A stretch of DNA of 64,000 nt, taken from Macrostomum hystrix (taxonomy: Eukaryota > Animalia > Platyhelminthes). Below, piece by piece: positions 37,447-48,275 of the stretch (its first letter is position 1; the number at the start of each line of letters is the position of its first letter). The stretch covers positions 12,648,001-12,712,000 of the forward strand of contig CATNEN010000038.1 of the NCBI GenBank assembly GCA_950097015.1, given 5' to 3'. The notes under the pieces are model-generated. The model did no database searches and was not told where the DNA came from. It was given only the letters and a program-made list of their open reading frames with translations. A program made the position numbers and the translations under genes.

Positions 37447-40400
37447 CTATTTCTTCAGCGGCAGCACGTTGGCCAGGAACTCCTTGCTGACATTGCCGGT
37501 GGGGAAGTAGTAGCAGACTACCACCAGCTTGTAGGAGCCGTTGGGCAGCTGGGCAATGCACCGGCCGACTCCGAGCTCCTGGGAGGCCTTCCAAACCAGC
37601 TGGGTGAAGTTTCCTATGGGTTACCGTGGCGGTCGGGATAATTGATTAAGTAACGAGACATGCGACAATATTTATTTCTCTATTAATGGCTGGCTAACTG
37701 AGGGGATATGTCTAACAAGATGAGATAATTTGCTAGCTGGAGGGGATCATTTGCTAACTAGAGGGGATACTTTTCTAACTGAGGGAATATTTATAACTGG
37801 AGGGGATGGTTTGTTAGCTGGAGGGAATAATTTGCTAACTGGAGGGGACATCTGGCTAACTTAAGGGGATAATTTTCTAATTGAGGGGATATTTCTAACT
37901 AAATGGGATAATTTGATAGCTTTCAAACTGAGGCGATAATTTGCTAACTTCGAGGGAAGCTTTCCTAACTGGAAGAGATCATTAGCCGATTTTGGTGAAA
38001 ACTAATCTGATTTGGGGAAAAATACCGAATCGAGGGGTTGCTGACTGCTGTGATAATTTTCTATCTGGGGGGAATAATCTGGGAGATAGTTTGCTAGTTT
38101 TTGGGGAGTTAAATTTATTTCTAGATTTTTCCTCCTCCATGGAGGTTGAATATAATGGCTAAAGCTGCGACTGCAAACACATTCACGAGTACATCAGATT
38201 CGTAAATATCTACGAGCTACATTACTCATCAGTGGCCAATAAGCTGCACTCAGTTGACTGCAATAATTTTGCCAATAATGAGACGTGTGTCAAAGTTTTC
38301 TACTAGCTCACAGATACAGCTGGAGTTGAGCAGTCGGAGTTGAGCTCAGTTCATTACGGATAGAAAACACTGGAGACAGGGTGGGGGAGTTAGAAGTGAG
38401 CAGACCTGAGCAGTAGGCGACAGCAGTGCACTCACCGAACGGCTCAATGTCGGCCGGCTCCACTTGATAGTCGTACCGCTTGCCCTCGGCGTACCAGAGG
38501 CCCACAACGTGCTCGGCTTTAAATCAAATTTGTTAGGGGCGCGTTGCACTAATTATAACCTTCTATTATTAATATATTGTTACGTTTGTAAAACATATGA
38601 ATCTGCACTTTTACACAGTTACAGTTGCTTTGAGTCGGTGCTAGCAGTTCCTCTGCTGTATTGGGGATCCAAAATCGTAGACAGGGGCTTTCTTGCCGGC
38701 CGTCACGTATCGAAAAGCGTATTTTAAGTACTCGAAAATACAGTTTCCAGTCCAAATGTATAGAAAAAAGAATTTGAGAAACCATGACAAATCGGTTCGT
38801 TTAAAATAAAAATTATATTTCTATTGAAATAGAGTGTGCCTTAATAGACTACATGTATCCAACATTTAAAGCGATCGTCCATGCAGTTATTACACGATAT
38901 GTATTGATAAATAAATAAATAATGTTTATAATAGCCGATATGTATCGAAAACTGCACTTAAACGAACTACATGAAATGGGGCTGTGGCGGAGCGGTAAGG
39001 CCTCCGTCCGTAGGCTCGAATTCGCAGCGTGGCCAAATATATCAGCATTTTTTGCTGCGGAGAATAGGTAAGGGAGAAATAGAAGAAAAGGGACGACATG
39101 TATCGAAAAAATTGCACCAACCTGACGCGTCGTTGTTGGCCGCGCTGACTCGCGCGGCGAGGCTCTGGCCCAGCCGCTGGCCTCTGTAGGTGGCGCTGCT
39201 CGGCCGCAGCTTCTCTGTGCTGACCGCCAGCTGTTCGGCCAGCTGCTGCGCCATCTCGCAGAGGTCGCCGCTAAGACGCAACGGTCGAGCTTCGTGATGC
39301 TTGCGATGGTGATTCACGGCGCCAACCACGCTCTTGGCGAACCGGTGAAGCTCCAAGGGCTGCCCAGGTTGTTTATTTCGGGAAAATTTATTAAAATTAA
39401 ATCAATTGAAATAAATGAGTCGAGTAGCCGATATGAATCGAAAAACTGGAAATTTGGACTTTCAGAAAATAATTTCGGAAAACGTCAGGTACAAGACCAT
39501 AAATTTACGAGATTCTACTTATTCAAATAATCGCAAGAGTGAGTGTTATAAAACGATTTCTTACATTTCTTTTCACTTTCAGTTGGGGTGACTTTGGAGC
39601 CTCGCTTGTGCTCTGAAAATATTTGCGTATTTTAAAACTTGCTTTAAAAAATCGGTACATTCTACTCTAAGTAAGCTGGCAGTCTCAAACTCACAGCGAA
39701 CTGGCTACTATCGCGCTGGTTGCTGTCCACTGCGGCGGCTGCCATTGTTGCGGCTGATTCTCTCGGCGACGAGCCGCGCGAGGACCCGCAGCCACCTGAC
39801 GATCGGCGCAGCTGATGCCCGCCGCTGATTTCGTCTTCGGCTCCACTGGAGCCGCTGCGGCTTCCGCTGTCGTCACCGGAGCCGCCGCTGGTTGACAGCT
39901 GCCTGCGCTGCCGCTCCTCAACTAGCTTCTGCTTCGTCTGAGAAGTGAGCAAGGTGGGAGAAACCGTCTCGTTACGGAAGGTTTCTAACTGTTCGACTTG
40001 CAATTTACACTGCTTAGAGCGAGAAAGTAGTTAATGCATAATTCATGTTAGATGCCTGTTAAATACACTACTTTATCTGTTAGATCCACTAATTCACCTT
40101 TTAGGCACAACACATTACCTGTTAACAACCTACTTCACCTGTTAGACACACTAATTCGCCTGTTAGGCACAAAAATTCACCTGTTAGATACGCTAATTCG
40201 CCAGTTTGATACACTACTTTACCTGTTAGATACGCTAATTCACCTGTTAGACACACTAATTCGGCTGTTAGACACAAAAATTCACCTGTTAGATACGCTA
40301 ATTCACCTATTAGATACACCAATTCACCTGTTAGACACACTAATTCACCTATTAGATACACCAATTCACCTGTTAGACACACTAATTCACCTGTTAGACA

Positions 40401-43185
40401 CACTAATTCACCTGTTAGATACACCAATTCACCTGTTAGATACACCAATTCACCTGTTAGATACACCAATTCACCTGTTAGACACACTAATTCACCTGTT
40501 AGACACACTAATTCACCTGTTAGACACACCAATTCACCTGTTAGATACACCAATTCACCTGTTAGACACACTAATTCACCTGTTAGATACACCAATTCAC
40601 CTGTTAGACACACTAATTCACCTGTTAGACACACTAATTCACCTGTTAGACACACCAATTCACCTGTTAGACACACTAATTCACCTGTTAGATACACTAA
40701 TTCACCTGTTAGATACACTAATTCACCTGTTAGACACATTAATTCACCTGTTAGACACACTAATTCACATGTTAGACACACTAATTCACCTGTTAGACAC
40801 ACTAATTCACCTGTTAGACACACTAATTCACCTGTTAGACACATTAATTCACCTGTTAGACACACTAATTCACATGTTAGACACACTAATTCACCTGTTA
40901 GACACACTAATTCACCTGTAAGACACACAACTTGACATGTTAGAGTGTATATATAAAGTATATATACTTTACACCATTACACAAAGCTTGTAGCCCGATG
41001 ATATAAATTGTCTGACAGAACAAGTACTTCAAGTGCTTCAAATATAAACTGCTGGGTAAGTACTCCTAGCATTTCAATCAAGTCAAGTTTTGTTTTCTAA
41101 ATAGCAGGCACAATATTGTGTCAATTACTAGCTCAGACATGCTTTAGTCGGCTCTGATTGACAGGTGCAAAACTCAGTGCAACCTTTGTATCGAATTATG
41201 AGCATGAAAATAAGTTCTTTTTGAGGTCCTCAGTATTGTGAAAAAACCAGTTAAATGCGGCAAAGGGACCCAATACCGTGTCGCATTATTGTATTGCTAT
41301 AATTAGCTATAGACTGTCAGCGCATCGCTAGTGAACGACTCCAATTCAGCATAGTACTCAAACAACTGATAAGCGAACCGAGGCCCTCACAGATCGACCT
41401 TTGTGCTCAAACTGTTTCTCTTCTCCGTGTTTCTTTTTTGAAGTATTATTAGCCAAGTTCAAAGTGCAAGCCTTCAATAGGAAAGAAGTGTCTGTACTAT
41501 CAAGAACTGGTACTCGCAGGACCCTTCTGGTGTCTCAGAGACTTGCATCGCAAAATACCGAATCATTCAACGAGGCATGCATTTCTTCTTCTGAGAAATT
41601 ATCTTCCCTCTCTTTCTCTCCCCCTCTCCCCTTCTCTCCTTCTTCCCTTCTCCCCCTCTCCCCTTCTCTCCTTCTCCCCTTCTCCCCTTCTCCCCCTCTC
41701 CCCTTCTCTCCTTCTCCCCCTCTTCTACTCTCCCCTCTTGTACTCTCCCCCTCTTGTACTCTCCCCCTCTTGTACTCTCCCCTCTTGTACTCTCCCCTCT
41801 TGTACTCTCCCCCTCTTCTACTCTCCCCCCTCTTGTACTCTCCCCTTCTTCTACTCTCCCCCTTTTGTACTCTCCCCCTCTTCTACTCTCCAATCTCCTG
41901 TCTCCTACTCTCTCCCCTCTCCCCCACTCCTACTCTCCCCCACTCCTACTCTCCCTTCTCCTACTCTCCCCTCTTCTACTCCCCCTCTCCTACTCTCCCT
42001 CTCCTACTCTCCCCTCTCCTACTCTCCCCTCTCCTACTACTTCTCTCATTCTCCACCGATTTCTCCACCGATTTTCTCATTATCTCCACTCTCTCTCAAT
42101 CACTCCTTCAAGATTTCCGCAGCTTTCTTCCTCACTCAGTCCAGTCACTCAGTCCAGCAGTCCAGCGGACCCAGTCAGCCAACTTACGTGACCCTCAAGG
42201 TCCTCGTATTCGACCAGTTCGCGTCGGACAACCACAGCGGCGCGACCTTCTCGGATCTCGCGCTGGTCAACCTGACGCGCCCGGACCCGATAATTGAACA
42301 GCGGATCCTCGGACGGGTCCGACGTGGCGCTCGTCGACTCGCGCTTCGCCGCGCCCTCTGCGGCCACCGGAGGCGGCACATTTTCTAAGAAATGTCCACG
42401 GACATTGCCGGCCGGGCTGTAGTGAGCCACCACCACTACCCGGCCTGGCGCCTGGGCTTTGCCGATGCCAAACTGCTTGGTGTCCCGCCACACCAGCTGG
42501 GTGAAGTTGCCGGCCCGACCAGCGCCTTTGGCGTAGTCGAATTTCTCGATGTCCCGGTACCACAGACTGCTCACCTCGGCACCTGTGAATTCGGTGCGGC
42601 TCCAGTTATCCCATCACTCAAATTTAATTCTCCCAGATCCTCAGTTTGAGTTCTCCTTGATCCCCGGTTTGAGTTCTCCCAGATCCTCAGTTTGAGTTCT
42701 CCTTGATCCCCGGTTTGAGTTCTCCTAGATCCTCAGTTTGAGTTCTCCTAGATCCTCAGTTTGAGTTCTCCTAGATCCTCAGTTTGAGTTCTCCTAGATC
42801 CCCGGTTTGAGTTCTCTAGTCAGTTTGAGTTCTCTCCGATCTTCAATTTGAGTTCTCTAGTCAGTTTGAGTTCTCTCCGATCTTCAAATAGAGTCCTCTA
42901 GTCAGTTTGAGCTCTAGCAGATCCTCAGTTTGAGTAGCCAATCTCACCCGAGATGTCTGGTTTCCTCTTGCTTGAGCTGGTCCGCCGGCTGATGTTCTCA
43001 CCGAAGATGCCCAGGCTGGCGCCGTGGCTCACCCGAAGCTCGTCGGCTTCGACCAGCTCCTCGGCGTAGGCCTGGGCTGAGCTCTCCAGCTCTGCGTCGT
43101 ATTCCAACGGCGGAACGTCGTGCAGCTTCCGGTAGCTGTTGTGAGCGTTCAACGCTTCTAGACGGAATTTGGCTAGCTTGGACAT
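37447..43185 (-). CDS. Two-domain CAP/SCP protein (GAPR-1/GLIPR2-like, no signal peptide), 6 exons
   Basis: Phase-compatible exons 43185-42948, 42582-42188, 40009-39695, 39359-39122, 38516-38436, 37613-37447. Motifs: LNAHNSYRKLH, GENI, WY, GNFTQLVW twice, YSPAGNV / YFPTGNV. Confidence 0.88.
40125..40930. repeat. 21-bp minisatellite in CAP gene intron 2
   Basis: CACCTGTTAGACACACTAATT, ~38 copies. Confidence 0.95.
41600..42050. repeat. CT-rich low-complexity / degenerate minisatellite in CAP gene intron 2
   Basis: CTCTCCCCTCTTGTA-like units. Confidence 0.9.
42625..42935. repeat. ~23-bp minisatellite filling CAP gene intron 1
   Basis: GTTTGAGTTCTCCTAGATCCTCA units. Confidence 0.9.
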
Positions 43186-43954
43186 TTCGCGTCAGCGGAT
43201 CTGCGATTCGGGTTGTTTCTAAGAAAAGCAGCAAATCTTCTTCACCGCTTGCGACTGGAGTAAGTGGGCCTGCGCTGTGTTTCTTTCTAGACTTTTCGAG
43301 TCCAAAAAACCTGCGACTTTTTGGCAGGGATTTTTCTAGCCCGCGATTCATATACAGAACCGGAGGTGCAGGGTACAGGTACTGAGCAGATAAGAACAGT
43401 CTTGAAAACTGAGCAGCACAGCGCCGTTGAATCACTGCTGATACGGACTGTACATTCTTCATTCTAATCGGGACAGTTTTTAATATTGTTCCAATTAAAC
43501 ATTTGATTAATGAAAAAAAATCATTTTTAATTATTCTATGCTAGATTGATTAAACAAACATTCTTGATTTCCAATTTTGTTTACAACGTGTTAAATGTAC
43601 TTTAAGCAAACGATCTATTTCGGCAGTTTTAGTCATTTCTGCATTAGCTAAAAATAAGATAAACGGCTTTGGTGATGTGCCCGGTGCTAGATCGTGCGGT
43701 CACTCTGCAGATTCAAGTGCGTCCAACGTGAACGAGATAAGAATTCGAAGAAAAATAACTTTAACCCAGAGCCCTACTAGTAGATTGTTATAATCGGCAG
43801 TTGCCTACTGGGTTTTTACTCCAATCTAAAGGTCAACCGGTGTGACTATCTTTTTTAAATCTTGCTTAGGCGAGCAAACGCACTGTGAAAAATGAGCTTT
43901 ATTGACGAAAAATTTGATAGTGTACTTTCATTTTAAGCTTTTCCCCAGTTGCTG

Positions 43955-46545
43955 TTGGATGCAGTAAGATGGATGGAAGCTGGTAAAATGAATACTGTAG
44001 TAGGATGGATGGAAGCTGGTGGAATGAAGACTGCAGTAGGATGGATGGAAGCTGGTGGAATGAAGACTGTAGTAGGATGGATGGAAGCTGGTGGAATGAA
44101 GACTGTAGTAGGATGGATGGAAGCTGGTGGATTGAAGACTGCAGTAAGATTGATGGAAGGTGGTGGAATGAAGACTGCAGTTGGATGGATGGAAGCTGGT
44201 GGAATGAAGACTGCAGTAGGATGGATGGAAGCTGGTGGAATGAAAACTGCAGTAGGATGGAAGCTGGTGGAATGAAGACTGTAGTAGGATGGATGGAAGC
44301 TGGTGGAATGAAGACTGCAATAGGATGGATGGAAGCTGGTGGAATGAAGACTGCAGTAGGATGGATGGAAGCTGGTGGAATGAAGACTGCAGTAGGATGG
44401 ATGGAAGCTGGTGGAATGAAGACTGTAGTAGGATGGATGGAAGCTGGTGGAATGAAGACTGTAGTAAGATGGATGGAAGCTGGTGGATTGAAGACTGCAA
44501 TAGGATGAATGGAAGCTGGTGGAATGAAGACTGTAGTAAGATGGATGGAAGCTGGTGGATTGAAGACTGCAATAGGATGGATGGAAGCTGGTGGAATGAA
44601 GACTGTAGTAGGATGGATGGAAGCTGGTGGAATGAAGACTGCAATAGGATGGATGGAAGCTGGTGGAATGAAGACTGCAGTAGGATGGATGGAAGCTGGT
44701 GGAGTGAAGACTGCAGTTGGATGGATGGAAGCTGGTGGAATGAAGACTGCAGTAGGATGGATGGAAGCTGGTGGAATGAAGACTGCAATAGGATGGATGG
44801 AAGCTGGTGGAATGAAGACTGTAGTAAGATGGAGGGAAGCTGGTGGATTGAAGACTGCAATAGGATGAATGGAAGCTGGTGGAATGAAGACTGTAGTAAG
44901 ATGGATGGAAGCTGGTGGATTGAAGACTGTAGTAGGTTGGATGGAAGCTGGTGGAATGAAGACTGTAGTAGGTTGGATGGAAGCTGGTGGAATGAAGACT
45001 GCAGTTGGATGGATGGAAGCTGGTGGAATGAAGACTGCAGTTGGATGGATGGAAGCTGGTGGATTGAAGACTGCAATAGGATGGATGGAAGCTGGTGGAT
45101 TGAAGACTGCAATAGGATGGATGGAAGCTGGTGGATTGAAGACTGCAATAGGATGGATGGAAGCTGGTGGAATGAAGACTGTAGTAGGTTGGATGGAAGC
45201 TGGTGGAATGAAGACTGTAGTAGGTTGGATGGAAGCTGGTGGAATGAAGACTGCAATAGGATGGATGGAAGCTGGTGGAATGAAGACTGCAGTAGGATGG
45301 ATGGAAGCTGGTGGAATGAAGACTGCAGTAGGATGGATGGAAGCTGGTGGAATGAAGACTGTAGTAGGATGGATGGAAGCTGGTGGAATGAAGACTGCAA
45401 TAGGATGGATGGAAGCTGGTGGAATGAAGACTGTAGGAAGATGGAGGGAAGCTGGTGGATTGAAGACTGCAATAGGATGAATGGAAGCTGGTGGAAAGAA
45501 GACTGTAGTAAGATGGATGGAAGCTGGTGGATTGAAGACTGTAGTAGGTTGGATGGAAGCTGGTGGAATGAAGACTGTAGTAGGTTGGATGGAAGCTGGT
45601 GGAATGAAGACTGCAGTTGGATGGATGGAAGCTGGTGGAATGAAGACTGCAGTTGGATGGATGGAAGCTGGTGGATTGAAGACTGCAATAGGATGGATGG
45701 AAGCTGGTGGATTGAAGACTGCAATAGGATGGATGGAAGCTGGTGGATTGAAGACTGCAATAGGATGGATGGAAGCTGGTGGAATGAAGACTGTAGTAGG
45801 TTGGATGGAAGCTGGTGGAATGAAGACTGTAGTAGGTTGGATGGAAGCTGGTGGAATGAATACAGTAGTAGGATGAATGGAAGCTGGTGGATTGAAGACT
45901 GTAGTAGGATGGATGGAAGCTGGTGGAATGAAGACTGCAGTTGGATGGATGGAAGCTGGTGGATTGAAGACTGCAATAGGATGGATGGAAGCTGGTGGAA
46001 TGAAGACTGCAGTTGGATGGATGGAAGCTGGTGGAATGAAGACTGCAGTAGGATGGATGGAAGCTGGTGGAATGAAGACTGCAGTTGGATGGATGGAAGC
46101 TGGTGGATTGAAGACTGCAATAGGATGGATGGAAGCTGGTGGAATGAAGACTGTAGTTGGATGGATGGAAGCTGGTGGAATGAAGACTGTAGTAGGATGG
46201 ATGGAAGCTGGTGGAATGAAGACTGTAGTTGGATGGATGGAAGCTGGTGGATTGAAGACTGCAGTTGGATGGATGGAAGCTGGTGGATTGAAGACTGCAG
46301 TAGGATGGATGGAAGCTGGTGGATTGAAGACTGTAGTAGGATGGATGGAAGCTGGTGGATTGAAGACTGTAGTTGGATGGATGGAAGCTGGTGGATTGAA
46401 GACTGTAGTAGGATGGATGGAAGCTGGTGGAATGAAGACTGTAGTTGGATGGATGGAAGCTGGTGGATTGAAGACTGCAGTAGGATGGATGGAAGCTGGT
46501 GGATTGAAGACTGTAGTAGGATGGATGGAAGCTGGTGGAATGAAT
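43955..46545. repeat. 36-bp intergenic minisatellite (~2.6 kb)
   Basis: GGATGGATGGAAGCTGGTGGAATGAAGACTGCAGTA, ~70 copies. Confidence 0.97.
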
Positions 46546-46722
46546 TACATGGTTGGAAGGTAAACATTTTATTCAGACCTTAAAGGAATATATTTAAAGG
46601 ACCAAAAGCAAAATGATCGAGTTTATAAAGTTCAAAAGTAAATTTTTAAGCCCTAAAGTCTAAGTATTAATCAGAAAGATTTATTTTGAGGCCAAAACAG
46701 ACGGAAAATTTGCAGTTGATGT

Positions 46723-47784
46723 CTAAAAGTTGTCCGCCCCCATGCGATCACCGTCGACATAGATTCGCCGAATCGCCCGTCTGCTCTGTCCGCGCAGGCC
46801 TCCAGAGGCGTAGAAGTGCGGGAACCGGTCATCAAACAGTCGGCAGCATTTCTCCAGACTGTGCAGATCCGGCGCCTGGATTGTCACCAGCCGGGTTCGC
46901 ACTCGCTCGCCAGGATGACACGGCTCCAGTTGGATCTTTGTCTCGCTTGACCTGGCGATGGCTTCGATTCGTCTATCGGACGCATCTGTGAAGATGCGCA
47001 TGTTTGACGGATTGTGATCTATGCGGAAGCTGAACTCGTACAGTACGGACCGATAGTTCAGTGACTCGGCTAGCCGCAGATCTTCCAGATTGCCGTGGAC
47101 AGTGTCCCGCAGGAGCTGCTGACTGGCCGCACCCGTCAGCAGCTGGTCGACGTCCGTCTTCACCGGCGATTTTCTTGTTCGCTTACTTAAATTTGACGAT
47201 TTAATAGTGAACAAGCTGTCCTGCTGCTGCTGCTGCTGCTGCTTTATTGACTCCTCGGAAATGGAATTCAATTGTCTATTATTATCGTTGTAATATTCGT
47301 CAGAATCAACGCGCTGACTGTCTTTCACGCGGCTGCCATAAATCGGTTCCTGTGGACGTTGGCAGCTGCTGTCTGGCAGTGACGCATCGCACATGTTGGC
47401 ACTTGCTGAATTAGCACTACAGCTGGTGCTGTCACTACTGTTCGTGCTAGTGAAGCTTGCGGTTGCGATGTCACAGTCGCCTAAGACACGGGTGTCTAAG
47501 AGTCTGTCTTCGTTGGAACGCTCGATCGTTGCTCCGCTGAAGCTGGTCGGCGGCACGCTGGCCGCGTCCGAAGACTTTGCTTTGTTACCGTCCAGCCGAC
47601 TGCGTCTCTTGAACATCCTGCTCAACAGTGAGCTACCATCAGTCTTCCTTGAGGCGTTATCTCCGCCGGCTTCGTTCGCATTCGGTGTTGTTGCTAGGCG
47701 CTCCACTCTAGATTTCTCAGACTTCAATCTTGAGCTGTGCTCATTGTTTGTCGGCTGGAAAAGCCTCCCAAAACGTGAGAGCAT
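46723..47784 (-). CDS. Intronless 353-aa protein: low-complexity N-terminus and a possible divergent KH-like C-terminal domain
   Basis: Long non-repetitive GC-rich ORF starting with ATG. C-terminal RRIEAIARSSETKIQLEP..RTRLVTIQAPDLHSLEKC has KH-like spacing but no GxxG loop. The product call is tentative. Confidence 0.65.
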   Translation of the reverse strand: MLSRFGRLFQPTNNEHSSRLKSEKSRVERLATTPNANEAGGDNASRKTDGSSLLSRMFKRRSRLDGNKAKSSDAASVPPTSFSGATIERSNEDRLLDTRVLGDCDIATASFTSTNSSDSTSCSANSASANMCDASLPDSSCQRPQEPIYGSRVKDSQRVDSDEYYNDNNRQLNSISEESIKQQQQQQQDSLFTIKSSNLSKRTRKSPVKTDVDQLLTGAASQQLLRDTVHGNLEDLRLAESLNYRSVLYEFSFRIDHNPSNMRIFTDASDRRIEAIARSSETKIQLEPCHPGERVRTRLVTIQAPDLHSLEKCCRLFDDRFPHFYASGGLRGQSRRAIRRIYVDGDRMGADNF

Positions 47785-48275
47785 TTTTCTCCTTCCGCCT
47801 TTGTAATTTTTATTTAAATAATTGAAACAACGAACGACTTTGTCTTATTTAAGGACAATGTAGATTTGATGAGATATACGAGTATTGCTTTGGGCCATAG
47901 ACAGTAGCCTGAAGCAACGATTTCTCGTCATTCTCAGCTGCTAAATCAGTAGCCGAGACTAAATAATGGCACGGTAAATACTAGGAATATAATTCGTTCA
48001 ACAACTGAAAGCCGATAATTCTGTTAAGAAAAATAGAACAATACATTTTTCTTAAATGAAATATAAATTCAAATATATAATATCGCTGGCATATAAAATC
48101 TCTTTTTTTGCATGATGAAAATCGTTCTGAAAAAATGATTTCATTTTCTAAATACCCAGCTACTGAACCTAGCTTTTTAGAGTTTGTCTACTAAAAGTAG
48201 ATATTTTTGCATGTATGATCCTAGAGAACTGAAAGCAAAATGAAGTCATCAGAGTGTTAGAAGAGTTTTTGTGTT

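Noticed and set aside
40052-40928. Leucine-heptad (LLDTLIH) coiled-coil ORF
   Set aside because: A 21-bp intronic repeat within the CAP gene.
43928-46583. 879-aa and 764-aa ORFs
   Set aside because: They are translations of a 36-bp tandem repeat that is open in several frames on both strands, with no unique flanking coding sequence or signal peptide.
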